Assembly: GCF_000143415.4 (NCBI RefSeq)
Contig: NW_003314268.1
Span: forward strand, 804,011 to 868,010
Length of the DNA: 64,000 nucleotides
Reading direction: 5' to 3'
DNA from: Selaginella moellendorffii
Lineage: Eukaryota > Plantae > Lycopodiophyta
Position 1 is the stretch's first letter. Every line of letters starts with the position of its first letter. Both the position numbers and the translations under genes were made by a program. The notes beneath the pieces were generated by a model that worked only from the letters and a program-made list of their open reading frames with translations, was not told the origin of the DNA and ran no database searches. Positions 63,161 through 64,000 of the stretch are shown here, one piece after another.

Positions 63161-64000
63161 CAGCTTTATATGCAATGTGTGCCTCCACCAGTGAGTTTCC
63201 CACAATTGCAAGTACCTGTGGTTTCAAGTTATCATGTTCAAATGCAAACTCCATCACCATATTGGCCACAAGTTCCATACCAAGAGAATACGATGCAACA
63301 GTTTGCATCCACAAGTGTTCTAGTGTATGCTGTAGGAGTTGGAGTGCAATAGTAGCAAGGTGGGATGTGGAAGAGGCCATGGTAGAGGTCCTCAATGCTA
63401 CAGATGCTGGTAATTTGGTCATATTCAAGCAGATTGTCCAAATGTAAAGAAGCCAGAATATTACTAGCCAATGTGTGGAGTGTGTGGGACTGTCCTCACA
63501 AGTTGAAGCAGGACTGTGGCAAAAAAATAGTCAATTTGTGAGCTGTGTTTGTTCAAGAAGTAGGCCTAGATCAGACTCATTATAAGCTAGGCACAAGACG
63601 TGGTCATGGAAAGAAAGATGTGTTTACCTAGATGGTGCAAACTTGGCGTGATCAAAATGAGGAGGTTTTTGCAGATCATGAAGAGGAGAGTGAAGCAAAG
63701 GTGTGAGGCTAAGGAAAAAGAGGTTAGAAATTTTAGGTTGAGTCTTATTTTAGTTTAGGTCAAAAATGGGAAGGAAGATGAAGTGTGTGCTCCAAATTCA
63801 GTGGCAATACTCAAGAATGTAGGTATTCCTTCTCCAACACAGGTGAGTGAGCTCTTTGATCAGTTTAGAGGGAGTAAGAAGCCACTCAAAGCAGTCAAGA
63901 GGCAGAGGTATAGACAAGTCTTGAATCTAGAAGCTGATATTTTAAGGGACCTAGACAATCAAAAACCAACAATTACATTTACTCAGTTACTTTAGCTAGC

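Overview
Repeat-dense eukaryotic DNA, probably from a non-seed land plant (inferred from the TTTAGGG-type repeat, 45-57-nt GT-AG introns and a Tcn1/Tf1-like chromovirus). The core is a nest of elements, the inner three delimited by their own target-site duplications (TSDs): an old degenerate Gypsy remnant contains a non-coding LTR element ('LTR-A', 9700-34836, TSD ACAAC), which contains a chromovirus (15810-33721, TSD GTTTT), which contains an intact 12.4-kb Sola-type DNA transposon (18596-30992, 24-bp TIRs, TSD CTAT). The DNA transposon is the best candidate for an undescribed system. Besides a ~1,030-aa DDD transposase, it carries a divergently oriented 11-exon gene that I could splice by hand into one open ~1,638-aa frame: ParB/Srx-like domain, degenerate DNA amino-methyltransferase-like fold, basic/acidic linker and FCP1/NIF-like HAD phosphatase. 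The element also holds about 20 copies of a 22-bp palindrome (ATGGCRTGWGGCCWCAYGCCAT), concentrated in introns and intergenic DNA, which suggests a protein plus cognate-site (parS-like or VANC-like) self-recognition system. The rest of the window has three more LTR-A copies (truncated, intact young, solo LTR), a rearranged segmental duplication (1616-8460 vs 45986-56664) with a triplicated Glu/Lys/Gln-rich gene, and degenerate gag/protease remnants. All domain calls are by-eye motif recognition, not database results.
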